A stretch of DNA of 64,000 bases, taken from the NCBI GenBank assembly GCA_965217195.1, contig CBDCHL010000003.1, positions 157,260 to 221,259 on the forward strand, written 5' to 3'. Below the pieces are notes generated by a model, which had not been told where the DNA came from, searched no databases, and saw only the letters and a program-made list of their open reading frames with translations. Source of the DNA: Bryobacterales bacterium. Its GTDB lineage: Bacteria; Acidobacteriota; Terriglobia; Bryobacterales; UBA6623. Position 1 is the stretch's first letter. Every line of letters begins with the position of its first letter. Positions 25,693-34,681 of this stretch are shown here, one piece after another. Position numbers and translations under genes: made by a program.

Positions 25693-27966
25693 TTACCCAC
25701 TGTTGCCCTTGCGTAGGGGCGCCATCGTGTTCCCGTAAATTTGCGCGTTTGCCGTCCTGAGCAATTTGCAGGCAACAACGTCGGGGCCGAGTCTACGCCT
25801 GTATTCGTCCGCGATTATCCAATCAGAAGCAATGTTGAGAACGCGTGCGACCCCGTCTGGGCACTGATGGCGATGGGTGATGACGGCGTTCGGTAGATCT
25901 TCGAGACCGGCGGCGCGAACGGCGTCGGTCGCAAGCACCGGTTTGCCGGCTGCCAAATAAATCAACAGCACCTCCTGCATCGCACCGACCAGGGTGGGCT
26001 CGTCCCGGAACGGAGCCCACAGGAAGGCCGCACGGGACAAATAGATATGCCATGTATCAGCCGGCCTCCCGGCGAGCACAATCAAGTTATCCTGCCGCTG
26101 AAGCCGGGCATCCCCGTCGAGTGCCTCAGAGTCCGAGCCGACCAGAATGAAATCCAGTTCCGGATGACGCTCCGCCGTCGACACGAGCAAATCAACGTCG
26201 AGAAGGTCGGCTCGCAGAGGCCCCGCGTAAACCGCCGCCGGCCGGGTGGACGAACTCAACTCGGGCACCGTGTAGCGGCTGCCACGAGCCTTTAGAGCTA
26301 GAGCCCCGCTGGGTCGAAAGGCGCCGCGGAAGGGGATCAGCAGCGAGGCTGCGCGGCGACGGTCCGCCGGCAGCGCTTCGAGGACATTGGTCGAGCCGCC
26401 CAGGAGCCAACTTTCTTCGGGTAGCTCCCGATCCGAACCGCTCATAGGTGCGAGCCAAGCACAAGAAAAGATCGTGTTGGCGTTGCTCGACGGCCGGAGA
26501 GCCGCGGTCCGCGACGGCTCGTTAAGAAAGGAAAGAAGCAACGTCTTTTCCCCGTGTTGTGCCGAGACCTTCTGTATCAGCGCGGCTGCCTGCTCCGTAT
26601 CTTGCACATGGGTCACAGACAAGAACTCCGAATCTGCCCGGCCCACAGCTCCGATGCAGATGAGCGTAACCCGCTGACCTTGCTGCTCCAAGCTGCCGGC
26701 CAGGGCTTCCACCCATTCGTAGTCCGCCTCGCACCCGTCTTCATAGAAAACAAATACTCGAAACGGTTGCCTAACCCGTCGTAAACGCTCCAGGTGGCGC
26801 TCGCGAGCGATCCGCATGTTATCTCGGATCGCGCCATGGTCGTGTCTACCCGTCAGCGAACCATCATGGACGCGATACGCATAAAGGCACTCGTCGCCGT
26901 CGATGCGCCGGACCTCGCCAATCTCGGTGAGTCGCAGCCAGTAGTCGTAGTCTTCAGCGCCAAGCACCGAGCCGTCGTATTCCCCCGCCGCCATGGCCGC
27001 CGAGCGCCGGTAAAGAAAACAGGAACCGACAAAGTTGTCGTCTTCCAGCCCGAGGGCCTCGGTCGATCGAGGAAGGTCGAGTTGGTGGGTGACGTGGGGG
27101 CGCTGATGCATCACCCTTACATCCGAACCGGTCAGCGGGCGACCCCTATCGTCAATGAGTTCGATATTGGAGTACGCCATGCGAACCGAAGGCCGGCGTA
27201 GAAGATAACCCAACAAAGCCGAAAGCATCTCCGGTTTCATGAGGTTGTCTGCCGAAGTCCAGGTAAGGAAGTCCCCGGAGGCCTCTCGAAAGCCTGCGTT
27301 TAGCGCCGCGGCGATACCCTCGTGTCGCCGCTTGATCACTCGCACACGGGAATCTCCCAACCAAGGGGTTAGAGCCGAACTGAGGTCCTCATCCGACCCG
27401 TCGTCCACGACGATCAGCTCCAGATTTTCGTAGCTTTGAGCCAACACGCTACGGACCGAGCCTGCCAGAAACTCTGCCTGGTTCCAAACCGGCAGAACGA
27501 CGCTGATCTTCGGCCGGTAGGTTGGGTGACTAGCGAATGGAAGACCGTCGCCGGCCTGTGTAGTCTTCGGACGTGCGCCCATGTCCGATGGGCCGGGATC
27601 CGCCGAATCGATAGCAAGCGCATCCGCTGAAGGAAGTGCAAGATCGGCGGATTGAAACTCGCGGTAGCCGTACGGGAAGAAGCGGTGATACCAGCGAAGG
27701 TACAGATCGCGGTACCGCTCGCGGAGGTGGAGCGGCGTTAGGGATTCGACGAAATCCAACGCGGCATGAACGCCCCGCCGCATCCGAGCTCGGGGACGGG
27801 AGTTATGGAAGCGGACGATCCACTCGTCTCGAACATGCTCGGCGACTCGAAGCCGCTGTTGAGCCACACGTAGGTCGTCCGCGAGCTGCCGAGCGCGCTG
27901 CTCCCAAGTGGAAGGCTCGCCGGCAGCGGCTTGTTCAAAGGGCTGTTTGACGCCTGGTGGCTCCAT
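25693..27966 (-). CDS. multidomain glycosyltransferase (GT2 domain plus GT1-like C-terminal region)
   Basis: The GT2 signature is VVLPVWNQAEFLAGSVRSVLAQSYENLELIVVDDGS. The C-terminal part has a GT1-like ...LAAGKPVLATD. Confidence 0.7.
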   Translation of the reverse strand: MEPPGVKQPFEQAAAGEPSTWEQRARQLADDLRVAQQRLRVAEHVRDEWIVRFHNSRPRARMRRGVHAALDFVESLTPLHLRERYRDLYLRWYHRFFPYGYREFQSADLALPSADALAIDSADPGPSDMGARPKTTQAGDGLPFASHPTYRPKISVVLPVWNQAEFLAGSVRSVLAQSYENLELIVVDDGSDEDLSSALTPWLGDSRVRVIKRRHEGIAAALNAGFREASGDFLTWTSADNLMKPEMLSALLGYLLRRPSVRMAYSNIELIDDRGRPLTGSDVRVMHQRPHVTHQLDLPRSTEALGLEDDNFVGSCFLYRRSAAMAAGEYDGSVLGAEDYDYWLRLTEIGEVRRIDGDECLYAYRVHDGSLTGRHDHGAIRDNMRIARERHLERLRRVRQPFRVFVFYEDGCEADYEWVEALAGSLEQQGQRVTLICIGAVGRADSEFLSVTHVQDTEQAAALIQKVSAQHGEKTLLLSFLNEPSRTAALRPSSNANTIFSCAWLAPMSGSDRELPEESWLLGGSTNVLEALPADRRRAASLLIPFRGAFRPSGALALKARGSRYTVPELSSSTRPAAVYAGPLRADLLDVDLLVSTAERHPELDFILVGSDSEALDGDARLQRQDNLIVLAGRPADTWHIYLSRAAFLWAPFRDEPTLVGAMQEVLLIYLAAGKPVLATDAVRAAGLEDLPNAVITHRHQCPDGVARVLNIASDWIIADEYRRRLGPDVVACKLLRTANAQIYGNTMAPLRKGNSG

Positions 27967-28255
27967 GTCCTAGGCCGACCCCATGCCGGAGACGCGAAGT
28001 CCTGAACCCGGACTCTGCAATCAACGCAGTAGTGAAATGCGAAGCCGCACGTTGCGGACGTCGAAGCGATCATACCATGATAACGGATGACTCGAACGGT
28101 GTAACTTTTTCTTTCTAAGGCACTTCGCAGTGATTTATCGGTGTCGGCGTCAGAGTGGTAGAGAGACGTGCGGAAGGTGGGGAAAACGAGATTCCGGCGA
28201 GAATCGGATGTGATCCGCGGGCACGGTCGAACCGAGCAAACCAAGAGCGACCTGT

Positions 28256-28597
28256 TCAGACGAGGACGCTTTCAGTCTCTTCCTGGCAGGCGACGCAGCG
28301 CGTCGCCCACGGTACAGCTTGCAGCCTGCGGGCCTTGATGGACGCGCCGCAGCCTTCACACCAGCCGTATTCGCCGGTGCCGATTCGCTCCAAAGCCGAC
28401 TCAACGGCGCGCGTGGTCTCCCAACCCGATGCCATCACCTGCAAAGCCAGCTCGCGGAGGCATTGGGATTGCGCGTCATCAATTGGGTCGGCCGTTTGTT
28501 GAACCTGAATCTCACTCGCCTCAAGTGCGGGTTTCCGAAGCGCTACGAGCTTGTCTTGGAGCTGATTGCGGAAGGTCTCTATTTGTTTCTTGGTCAT
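28256..28597 (-). CDS. DksA/TraR-family C4 zinc-finger protein
   Basis: 113 aa. It has CEGCGASIKARRLQAVPWATRCVACQ (CxxC-N17-CxxC) after a coiled-coil N-terminus. Confidence 0.8.
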   Translation of the reverse strand: MTKKQIETFRNQLQDKLVALRKPALEASEIQVQQTADPIDDAQSQCLRELALQVMASGWETTRAVESALERIGTGEYGWCEGCGASIKARRLQAVPWATRCVACQEETESVLV

Positions 28598-29173
28598 GGC
28601 TACTTCCCCGGCACGTCGCCGGATCCGATCAATGCCTAGCAGAGATTATTCCGTAGGTGCTGAAGAACCACAATGGACAGGCCGCACCATTTTGATTTAG
28701 GTAGTACGACCTAGCGCCGGTGGGCCGTTTGGTTGGTCCCGATTCCAGCCCCCTACCGCGTCGATTGCTGCCTCCAGCACTATCCTGCGTGCAACGCTTG
28801 ACTCCCGGATCACCAGCCTTCATACTGGTTGGTATGTTTAGTGCGCGACCGCGGACTGTAGATTCCGACTTGTCGAAGAGCGCGAGGGTCGAGATGCGCT
28901 TCGAGTACTCTCGACCGCCGCAACGCCGCGAATCATGCCGCGCTCAGAGCGCCCGCCGGATTGCGAGCCGGACGAGCCCGGGTTTTGAAGTGCGTGCAGA
29001 TGGCGTGTCCTGGAGCCTCCTGAGGTATTCTCAAGGCTCGTTCTTGGTGGCAGGCTACCGGCGCCCGGGCATCGACTAACTCAAGACCTCCTCTGGCGGC
29101 ACTTTCCCGGTAACTCCGCCTTGTGCAGCTACAATGAAAGGCTTCTCTCGTCCACAAATAGGGGGACGGCTCA

Positions 29174-30079
29174 ATGGCTTGGCGATTCGAACTTGTGGAA
29201 GGTCCGCTCGGCGGCGTCACCGAGGGACCGGCTTGGGACGGCGAGGCGCTTCTGTTTACCCACATCCCGGCCTCGCGCATCTTGCGCTACGATCCGGCCA
29301 GCGCGGGCTACACGGTTTACCGCGAAGGCACGGAGTGCGCCAATGGCTTGATGTTCGATGCAGGGGGCGCGCTCTTCGCCTGTGAGGGCAACACGCGTCG
29401 AGTGGTACGTTATGAACGCGGCGGGACAACGACAATCCTGAGCGACGCCTTCGAGGGCAAGCGATTCAACATTCCCAACGATCTCGCGATCGATCCGCGT
29501 GGACGAGTCTGGTTTACGGACCCTTTTTACGAAGGGGCGGCCGGGCCCTGGAGCGCGGACCGTTCGCAGAAGGAGCTTGATCACGATTCGGTCTACCGAC
29601 TCGATCCACGAGAAACCGGACGCTGGGCGACGACGCGCGTCACCTTCGACACAACCCGGCCCAACGGTTTGCTATTTTCGCTCGACCATCAGGTACTATA
29701 CGTCGCCCAGAGCGGCCGCCGGCCTGATGAGACGCGGCAGCTTCGCGGATATCCGGTTCTCTCCAACGGATCGTTGGGAGATATGGAAGTGCTGCACGAT
29801 TTCGGCTCCAATCGTGGGATCGACGGCATGTGCCTTGACACCGAAGGCAATATCGTCGCCGCGGCGGGCTGGGAGTTGGGCGGCCCCGGTCCGATGATCT
29901 ACGTTTTCTCGCCCTCGGGCGAAGTGATCGAAACCCACCCGGTCGACGCGAAACGGCCCACCAACTGCTCATTCGGCGGTCCGGATCTGACGATGCTCTA
30001 TGTCACCAGCACGGAAGGGCACTTGTTCCGCGCACAGACCGAGCACCAGGGACGCCTTTGGTGCCCGCCGGCTCAGTAG
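29174..30079 (+). CDS. SMP-30/gluconolactonase/LRE family protein
   Basis: It has GVTEGPAWDGEALLFTHIP, NDLAIDPRGRVWFTDP and PNGLLFSLDHQVLYVA. Confidence 0.75.
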   Translation: MAWRFELVEGPLGGVTEGPAWDGEALLFTHIPASRILRYDPASAGYTVYREGTECANGLMFDAGGALFACEGNTRRVVRYERGGTTTILSDAFEGKRFNIPNDLAIDPRGRVWFTDPFYEGAAGPWSADRSQKELDHDSVYRLDPRETGRWATTRVTFDTTRPNGLLFSLDHQVLYVAQSGRRPDETRQLRGYPVLSNGSLGDMEVLHDFGSNRGIDGMCLDTEGNIVAAAGWELGGPGPMIYVFSPSGEVIETHPVDAKRPTNCSFGGPDLTMLYVTSTEGHLFRAQTEHQGRLWCPPAQ

Positions 30080-30194
30080 CCCGTCGCTGCAACACGGTAT
30101 CCATCCAGGGCATCGAGTCTCTTGGGGCATTATCTGTCTTGCGCTAGAATTCGAAGTGCGCCTAGCGGCTTTACGTTCCTCGAGGAGGATCCCG

Positions 30195-31232
30195 ATGCGC
30201 CATCGACTTTCAGCCTCAGTTGTCGCCGCAATGGTCTTGACGGCTGTGCTCGGCACCTTCTCAACCGCTGCACAACCGCCGGAGGATTCGTCGACCGACT
30301 CGGCTTCCCTCCCCCGCACGGCCTGGGGCGCCCCGGATCTCCAAGGCACGTGGGTGAACAACTCGGCGACTCCTTTGGAGCGGCCGAAAGAGTTCGCCGG
30401 GAAAGAGAAGCTGAACGACGAAGAATTGGCGGCCCTCAAGGAGAAAGCGGACGCAGTGCGCGACGGCGGCGACGCCTTCTTCGGAGACGACTTCGTCAAA
30501 GCCGCCGTGGCCGAGGGTATCAACTACCGATCGTTCGATAACAATACGGGCAACTACAACCAGTTCTGGATCGTCAAGCGAGAGATCGAAAACCGCACGT
30601 CGTTGATCGTCGACCCGCCGGATGGACGAATGCCCGAGATGACCGCGGAAGGCAAAGTGCGAGTAGAGGATCGCGGGAAGAGATTCCGGGGCAAATTCCC
30701 GGCCGGGCCCGAAGACCTAAACCTCCCCGCGCGCTGCATCACTTACGGCATGCCGAATCTCTTGGCGGGGTACAACAGCTACTACCAGATTTTTCAGACG
30801 CCCGACCACGTCATCATTCACCAGGAGCTGATCCACGATGCCCGCATCATTCCGCTCGACGGGCGTCCGCATCTGCCCGAGAACGTTCGCCAATGGCACG
30901 GCGACCCGCGCGGCCGCTTCGAGGGTGACACGCTGGTGGTCGAGAGCAAGAACTTTTCGCCAAAGAGCTACTTCCGCGGAACCAGCGAGAACCTACATTT
31001 GATCGAACGCTTCAAGCGCGTCGACGCCGACACGGTTGCCTACGAAATCACGGTCAACGACCCGACGACCTACACCAAGCCCTGGACGGCGGTGATCTTT
31101 CTCGAGAGCACGAAAGACGCCATCTTCGAGTACGCCTGTCACGAGGGGAACATCTCGATGGAAGGCATGCTCAAAGGAGCCCGTGTGCTCGAACAAGCCG
31201 CGCTCAAAGAAGCCAGAGACCTGCCGGAGTGA
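30195..31232 (+). CDS. secreted hypothetical protein
   Basis: ATG 30195 is preceded by GAGGAGGA. The signal peptide is MRHRLSASVVAAMVLTAVLGTFSTAAQ. I recognise no family. Confidence 0.65.
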   Translation: MRHRLSASVVAAMVLTAVLGTFSTAAQPPEDSSTDSASLPRTAWGAPDLQGTWVNNSATPLERPKEFAGKEKLNDEELAALKEKADAVRDGGDAFFGDDFVKAAVAEGINYRSFDNNTGNYNQFWIVKREIENRTSLIVDPPDGRMPEMTAEGKVRVEDRGKRFRGKFPAGPEDLNLPARCITYGMPNLLAGYNSYYQIFQTPDHVIIHQELIHDARIIPLDGRPHLPENVRQWHGDPRGRFEGDTLVVESKNFSPKSYFRGTSENLHLIERFKRVDADTVAYEITVNDPTTYTKPWTAVIFLESTKDAIFEYACHEGNISMEGMLKGARVLEQAALKEARDLPE

Positions 31233-31334
31233 CCCCGGCGAGCCTCTCGACAGGCGTCCGGACGGCTCGATTGCCAATTGATGGGCCCGTCTAGGTTCAA
31301 CCCAGTCAAGACCCTCGTGAACTAGATCGATCTC

Positions 31335-32819
31335 ATGCGGGAATTCACGCTTTGGTTCAGCGACAACGGCGTCGCCGTCGGGGTCCTCGCCGCCTTCATT
31401 GGCCTGATGATTCTGTCGGCCTGGCGGGCCAACCGGCGTCATGAAAGCCGGCCCGGCCCGGTAGTGATCGCCGTTTCTTTTTACGCCACTTTCCTCAGTA
31501 CGAATACGTTCCTCGGCCAATCGGGCTTCGGATACAAGGTCGGCGTCGCGTGGCTGCTGGCCGGGCTGGTGTTCTTGCTGTGCGCGATTGTCGCCTGGTT
31601 TGTCGTCGCCAAACCGATGATTCTCGACGCCCGAGCGGTGCTGGGGGACGACTTGGATTTGGATCGCGTCACCGTCCCGGCCTACTTGCGAAAAAAGTTC
31701 GGAGGGGACGCGATCGGGTACATCAGCGCCGGCGTCGTCTTTTTCGCGTCACTGCTTTACATGCTCGCGGTGTTTAAGGGAATCGGGCACATCGTAAGCC
31801 GGATCTTGAACCTCTCGTATGAAACGGCGGTCATGACGGTTTTCGTGCTCGTGGTGGCTTACACGTCGTGGGGGATGATTCGGGCAATTCTGCACACAGA
31901 CACCGTGCAGGGCGGCATCATGGTCCTGGGTGTGTTTGCGCTATTCGCGGCCTGTGTCATGCATGCCGACTGGAACGCCGTCGCCGCGAGCCCGGATCTT
32001 GACGCCGCGGGTGCGCCGCTCGCGGGCAGGCTTCTTTCCTGGGACGTCCTGATGTCGCCGTTGTTGATCGTCGGGCTGTCGCTCAGTACGGGAATCAAGA
32101 TGATGGTCGCGCCTCGCTTGGTGGTGCGCTTTTTGATGTTTCGACACGCCTCGGGCCGGCAGATTCAACAAGCGAAATGGCTGACGGTCGGCTTGATGGG
32201 AATCACCGTGCCGATGCTTTTTTCGCTCGGAATTCTCGCCCACGGAATCGTCCCACAAGCTGAGTCGCAGTTCTTCTTTCAGAATACGGATCAGGTGGTT
32301 CCCTACTTGGTGGACCGACTGTTCGGGAGTTTCTGGGGCGCGGTGTTGCTGGGGAGTTTTCTTTGCGCCGCGCTGTCGTCGATTGACTCCGTGCTCCACG
32401 TGGCCGGTTCGGCGTTGGTGGTCGACGGATGGGCTCAATGGCGTCGGTCGGCGACGGAAGCCGCGATCGACAAACTGCAGCGCTGGGTCATGATCCCCGT
32501 GGCGGCGCTCCCGGCTTTATTGGCGCTCGACCCGCCCGACGACGTGGTTCCGCTGACGGCGCTTTCAGGAGCGCTGTTCGGGGCCTGTTTCTTTCCGACT
32601 TTGGTCATGAGCCTGTGGTGGAGGCGAGGCCGGCGAGCAGTGTTGGCGTCGATCGTCGGGGGCGGAGTGGCGGTTACCGTTTGGTCGGCCGGGCTGGGCG
32701 CGGCAGTGGGTTTGCCGGCGATTCATCCTGTTTTCGCGGGATTGATTGTTGCGGCGGTTGCCTATGCCTTTACGCCCGGGACGGCAAGCGACGAGAGATC
32801 TCGGACCGGGGGCACGTAA
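31335..32819 (+). CDS. polytopic membrane transporter, sodium:solute symporter-like
   Basis: 494 aa with about 12-13 hydrophobic segments. The family call rests on overall topology only. Confidence 0.5.
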   Translation: MREFTLWFSDNGVAVGVLAAFIGLMILSAWRANRRHESRPGPVVIAVSFYATFLSTNTFLGQSGFGYKVGVAWLLAGLVFLLCAIVAWFVVAKPMILDARAVLGDDLDLDRVTVPAYLRKKFGGDAIGYISAGVVFFASLLYMLAVFKGIGHIVSRILNLSYETAVMTVFVLVVAYTSWGMIRAILHTDTVQGGIMVLGVFALFAACVMHADWNAVAASPDLDAAGAPLAGRLLSWDVLMSPLLIVGLSLSTGIKMMVAPRLVVRFLMFRHASGRQIQQAKWLTVGLMGITVPMLFSLGILAHGIVPQAESQFFFQNTDQVVPYLVDRLFGSFWGAVLLGSFLCAALSSIDSVLHVAGSALVVDGWAQWRRSATEAAIDKLQRWVMIPVAALPALLALDPPDDVVPLTALSGALFGACFFPTLVMSLWWRRGRRAVLASIVGGGVAVTVWSAGLGAAVGLPAIHPVFAGLIVAAVAYAFTPGTASDERSRTGGT

Positions 32820-32870
32820 TTCGGCCACATGGAATGGACGACTTCACTAAACATAGTCACAATTAGTCAT

Positions 32871-33329
32871 ATGGAAACTGCGGTGAAAATCACCGAGTTG
32901 AAGGCTCGTCTAAGCGCCTATTTGCGGCTGGTTCGGGCGGGCGGCGCAATCATCGTCAAGGACCGCGATACGCCGGTCGCACGGCTGGTTCCCTATCAAC
33001 AGCCGAAGCGCCTAAGAATTCGCCCACACACACGCTCGGTGCGCGAAATCGACGAAATGCTCAAAGCGCGAACGAAGGATGTCGACCTGCCGCCCCGCTC
33101 GACGGACGAAGTTCTGAAGGAAACCCGAAAGGATTATTTCGATAAATGGCCGGCGTCGCAGTCTACCTCGGGGGAAAACGGGGGGGGGGAACCGGGACAG
33201 CCTCGATTGCGATTGCTGAGAATTCAGTGGCCGCCCACTAGAGGCTTTCGATTCAGCAGATTAGCAGAGGTTCATCGGATATTTGCTGATGTCCGGCACC
33301 ATGGTAGGAATCAGTCGAGATCAATGTAA
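32871..33329 (+). CDS. Phd/YefM-type antitoxin with a 3' end replaced by repeat sequence
   Basis: It begins METAVKITELKARLSAYLRLVRAGGAIIVKDRDTPVARLVPY, a typical antitoxin N-terminus. From about 33171 the ORF is translated repeat-B sequence. The same string appears in ORF 34409..34699. Confidence 0.6.
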   Translation: METAVKITELKARLSAYLRLVRAGGAIIVKDRDTPVARLVPYQQPKRLRIRPHTRSVREIDEMLKARTKDVDLPPRSTDEVLKETRKDYFDKWPASQSTSGENGGGEPGQPRLRLLRIQWPPTRGFRFSRLAEVHRIFADVRHHGRNQSRSM

Positions 33330-33379
33330 TCAATGAGTTGGGCAACCTCATTGATGAAATCGAGGCTGTCCAGGTTTCC
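33188..33379 (+). repeat. inverted-repeat element, family B, copy A (192-bp core; arms extend to about 33170-33397)
   Basis: The terminal IRs are GGAACCGGGACAGCCTCGATT ... AATCGAGGCTGTCCAGGTTTCC. The outer subrepeats are G-rich on the left and C-rich on the right. It is about 93% identical to 34428-34619. Confidence 0.7.
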
Positions 33380-33408
33380 GCCCCCCGGTTTCCGCCCTAA
33401 CGGAGGCT

Positions 33409-34122
33409 CTAACACTCTTCCACGTCGAAAGTGACTTGCTCAATCCGTCTAACGGCCGTCGTTGAGTCACGGTCACTCATCTCGACGCCCTCGACAACTT
33501 TCTCGCTGTGTTTCCATAGGAACTTCGCGAGTGCCAAAAAGCCATTATAAACAACATGATTGCGAAAATACAGCGAAACGCTATCCCCGAACGCCCCCTC
33601 CGTTGTGGACTCTTTCGGGAGACCGATAACCACACGGTTGGGTGACGCCATGAGAATGTTTATGGGAAAGAACTGCTGTCTATGGTATATACCAATTTCC
33701 ACATTTGCTTTTCCCGCAAATTCGTGGATTAACCTTGTAACGTGCGGCTTGTCCAAATCGCTGCGAAGAACCACAATGCGGCGATACGCGTCGAATCCGT
33801 CGTCTCGTAACATACGGATTGTTCTGTCAAAATAATTGTGGCGGTCGAGTTCTTGATTGTTATAAGCGGCGTACACAAAAACGCTCTCGCCTTCTGCGCT
33901 TTTGAGCACCCGGTCAAGTAGATCTAAAGTCGGACGGTAACCGCGTGCCAAGAACACTGCGTGGAGGCCTCTATCGGTGGCGACTATGATTGTTACGGTC
34001 AGACCAAACACCAATGCCCAGACCATAAAAACCAGGGAATCGTGGTCCACTGCTAGACTAGCTACCCCGGCAGCAGCGGTTGTTACAGCAAACGTTGCTC
34101 CGACTCGGGTTAGGATGGACAC
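33409..34122 (-). CDS. hypothetical membrane protein (two N-terminal TM helices + ~185-aa alpha/beta-looking domain)
   Basis: 237 aa. The TM segments are GATFAVTTAAAGVASLAV and LVFMVWALVFGLTVTIIVA. GC is roughly 40-48% by hand count. I recognise no family. Confidence 0.6.
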   Translation of the reverse strand: MSILTRVGATFAVTTAAAGVASLAVDHDSLVFMVWALVFGLTVTIIVATDRGLHAVFLARGYRPTLDLLDRVLKSAEGESVFVYAAYNNQELDRHNYFDRTIRMLRDDGFDAYRRIVVLRSDLDKPHVTRLIHEFAGKANVEIGIYHRQQFFPINILMASPNRVVIGLPKESTTEGAFGDSVSLYFRNHVVYNGFLALAKFLWKHSEKVVEGVEMSDRDSTTAVRRIEQVTFDVEEC

Positions 34123-34427
34123 GACGTCTCAAGAAGCGGTATCTGACGGAGCCCCTAGTGGTTTGTTCCAAAAGTGCACGGTAGTAAATCGGAGAAACGT
34201 AGCCGAATGCCGACACTTTGCCCCCGATCCCAAGTGGTTGACGCCAAAGCTTTTCCGTGCCGCGACCGTGAGGGATCGGTTCTTCGATCGCAGCCTCAGC
34301 ATCGTACGTGAATTTTCGAAAGAAAGCACTAGGGGGTCGGGGTAGGCCGTCCCTGATTATAGCCACGATTCCCGTTCCGCCGCGTGGACCGACAGCAAAC
34401 CAGCCACTGTGACGTGGATTGTGGGGC

Positions 34428-34619
34428 GGAAACCGGGACAGCCTCGATTGCGATTGCTGAGAATTCAGAGGCCGCCCACTAGAGCATTTCGATTCAGCAG
34501 ATTAGCAGAGGTTCGTCAGATGTTTGCTGATGTCCGGCACCATAGTAAGAATCAGTCGAGATCAATAGAATCAGTGAGTTGGGCAACCTCATTGATGAAA
34601 TCGAGGCTGTCCCGGTTCC
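34428..34619 (+). repeat. inverted-repeat element, family B, copy B (192-bp core; arms extend to about 34423-34655)
   Basis: The terminal IRs are GGAAACCGGGACAGCCTCGATT ... AATCGAGGCTGTCCCGGTTCC. It is followed by GGTTCCCCC x4. Confidence 0.7.
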
Positions 34620-34681
34620 CCCCCTGGTTCCCCCGCGGTTCCCCCGGTTCCCCCCGACCCGATCTCCCCCCCAAGGACTTT

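Noticed and set aside
33146-33172. MAGVAVYLGG as the remnant of a PIN/VapC toxin gene.
   Set aside because: Only nine codons survive before the repeat, which is too short to support a feature call. It is mentioned only as context for the orphan antitoxin.
33170-34655. Repeat-B copies flanking a single promoter-distal ORF resembled integron attC sites (a CALIN-type cassette).
   Set aside because: The termini do not fit the RYYYAAC / GTTRRRY cores. At 192 bp or more the elements are long for attC sites. No intI gene or further cassettes are present.
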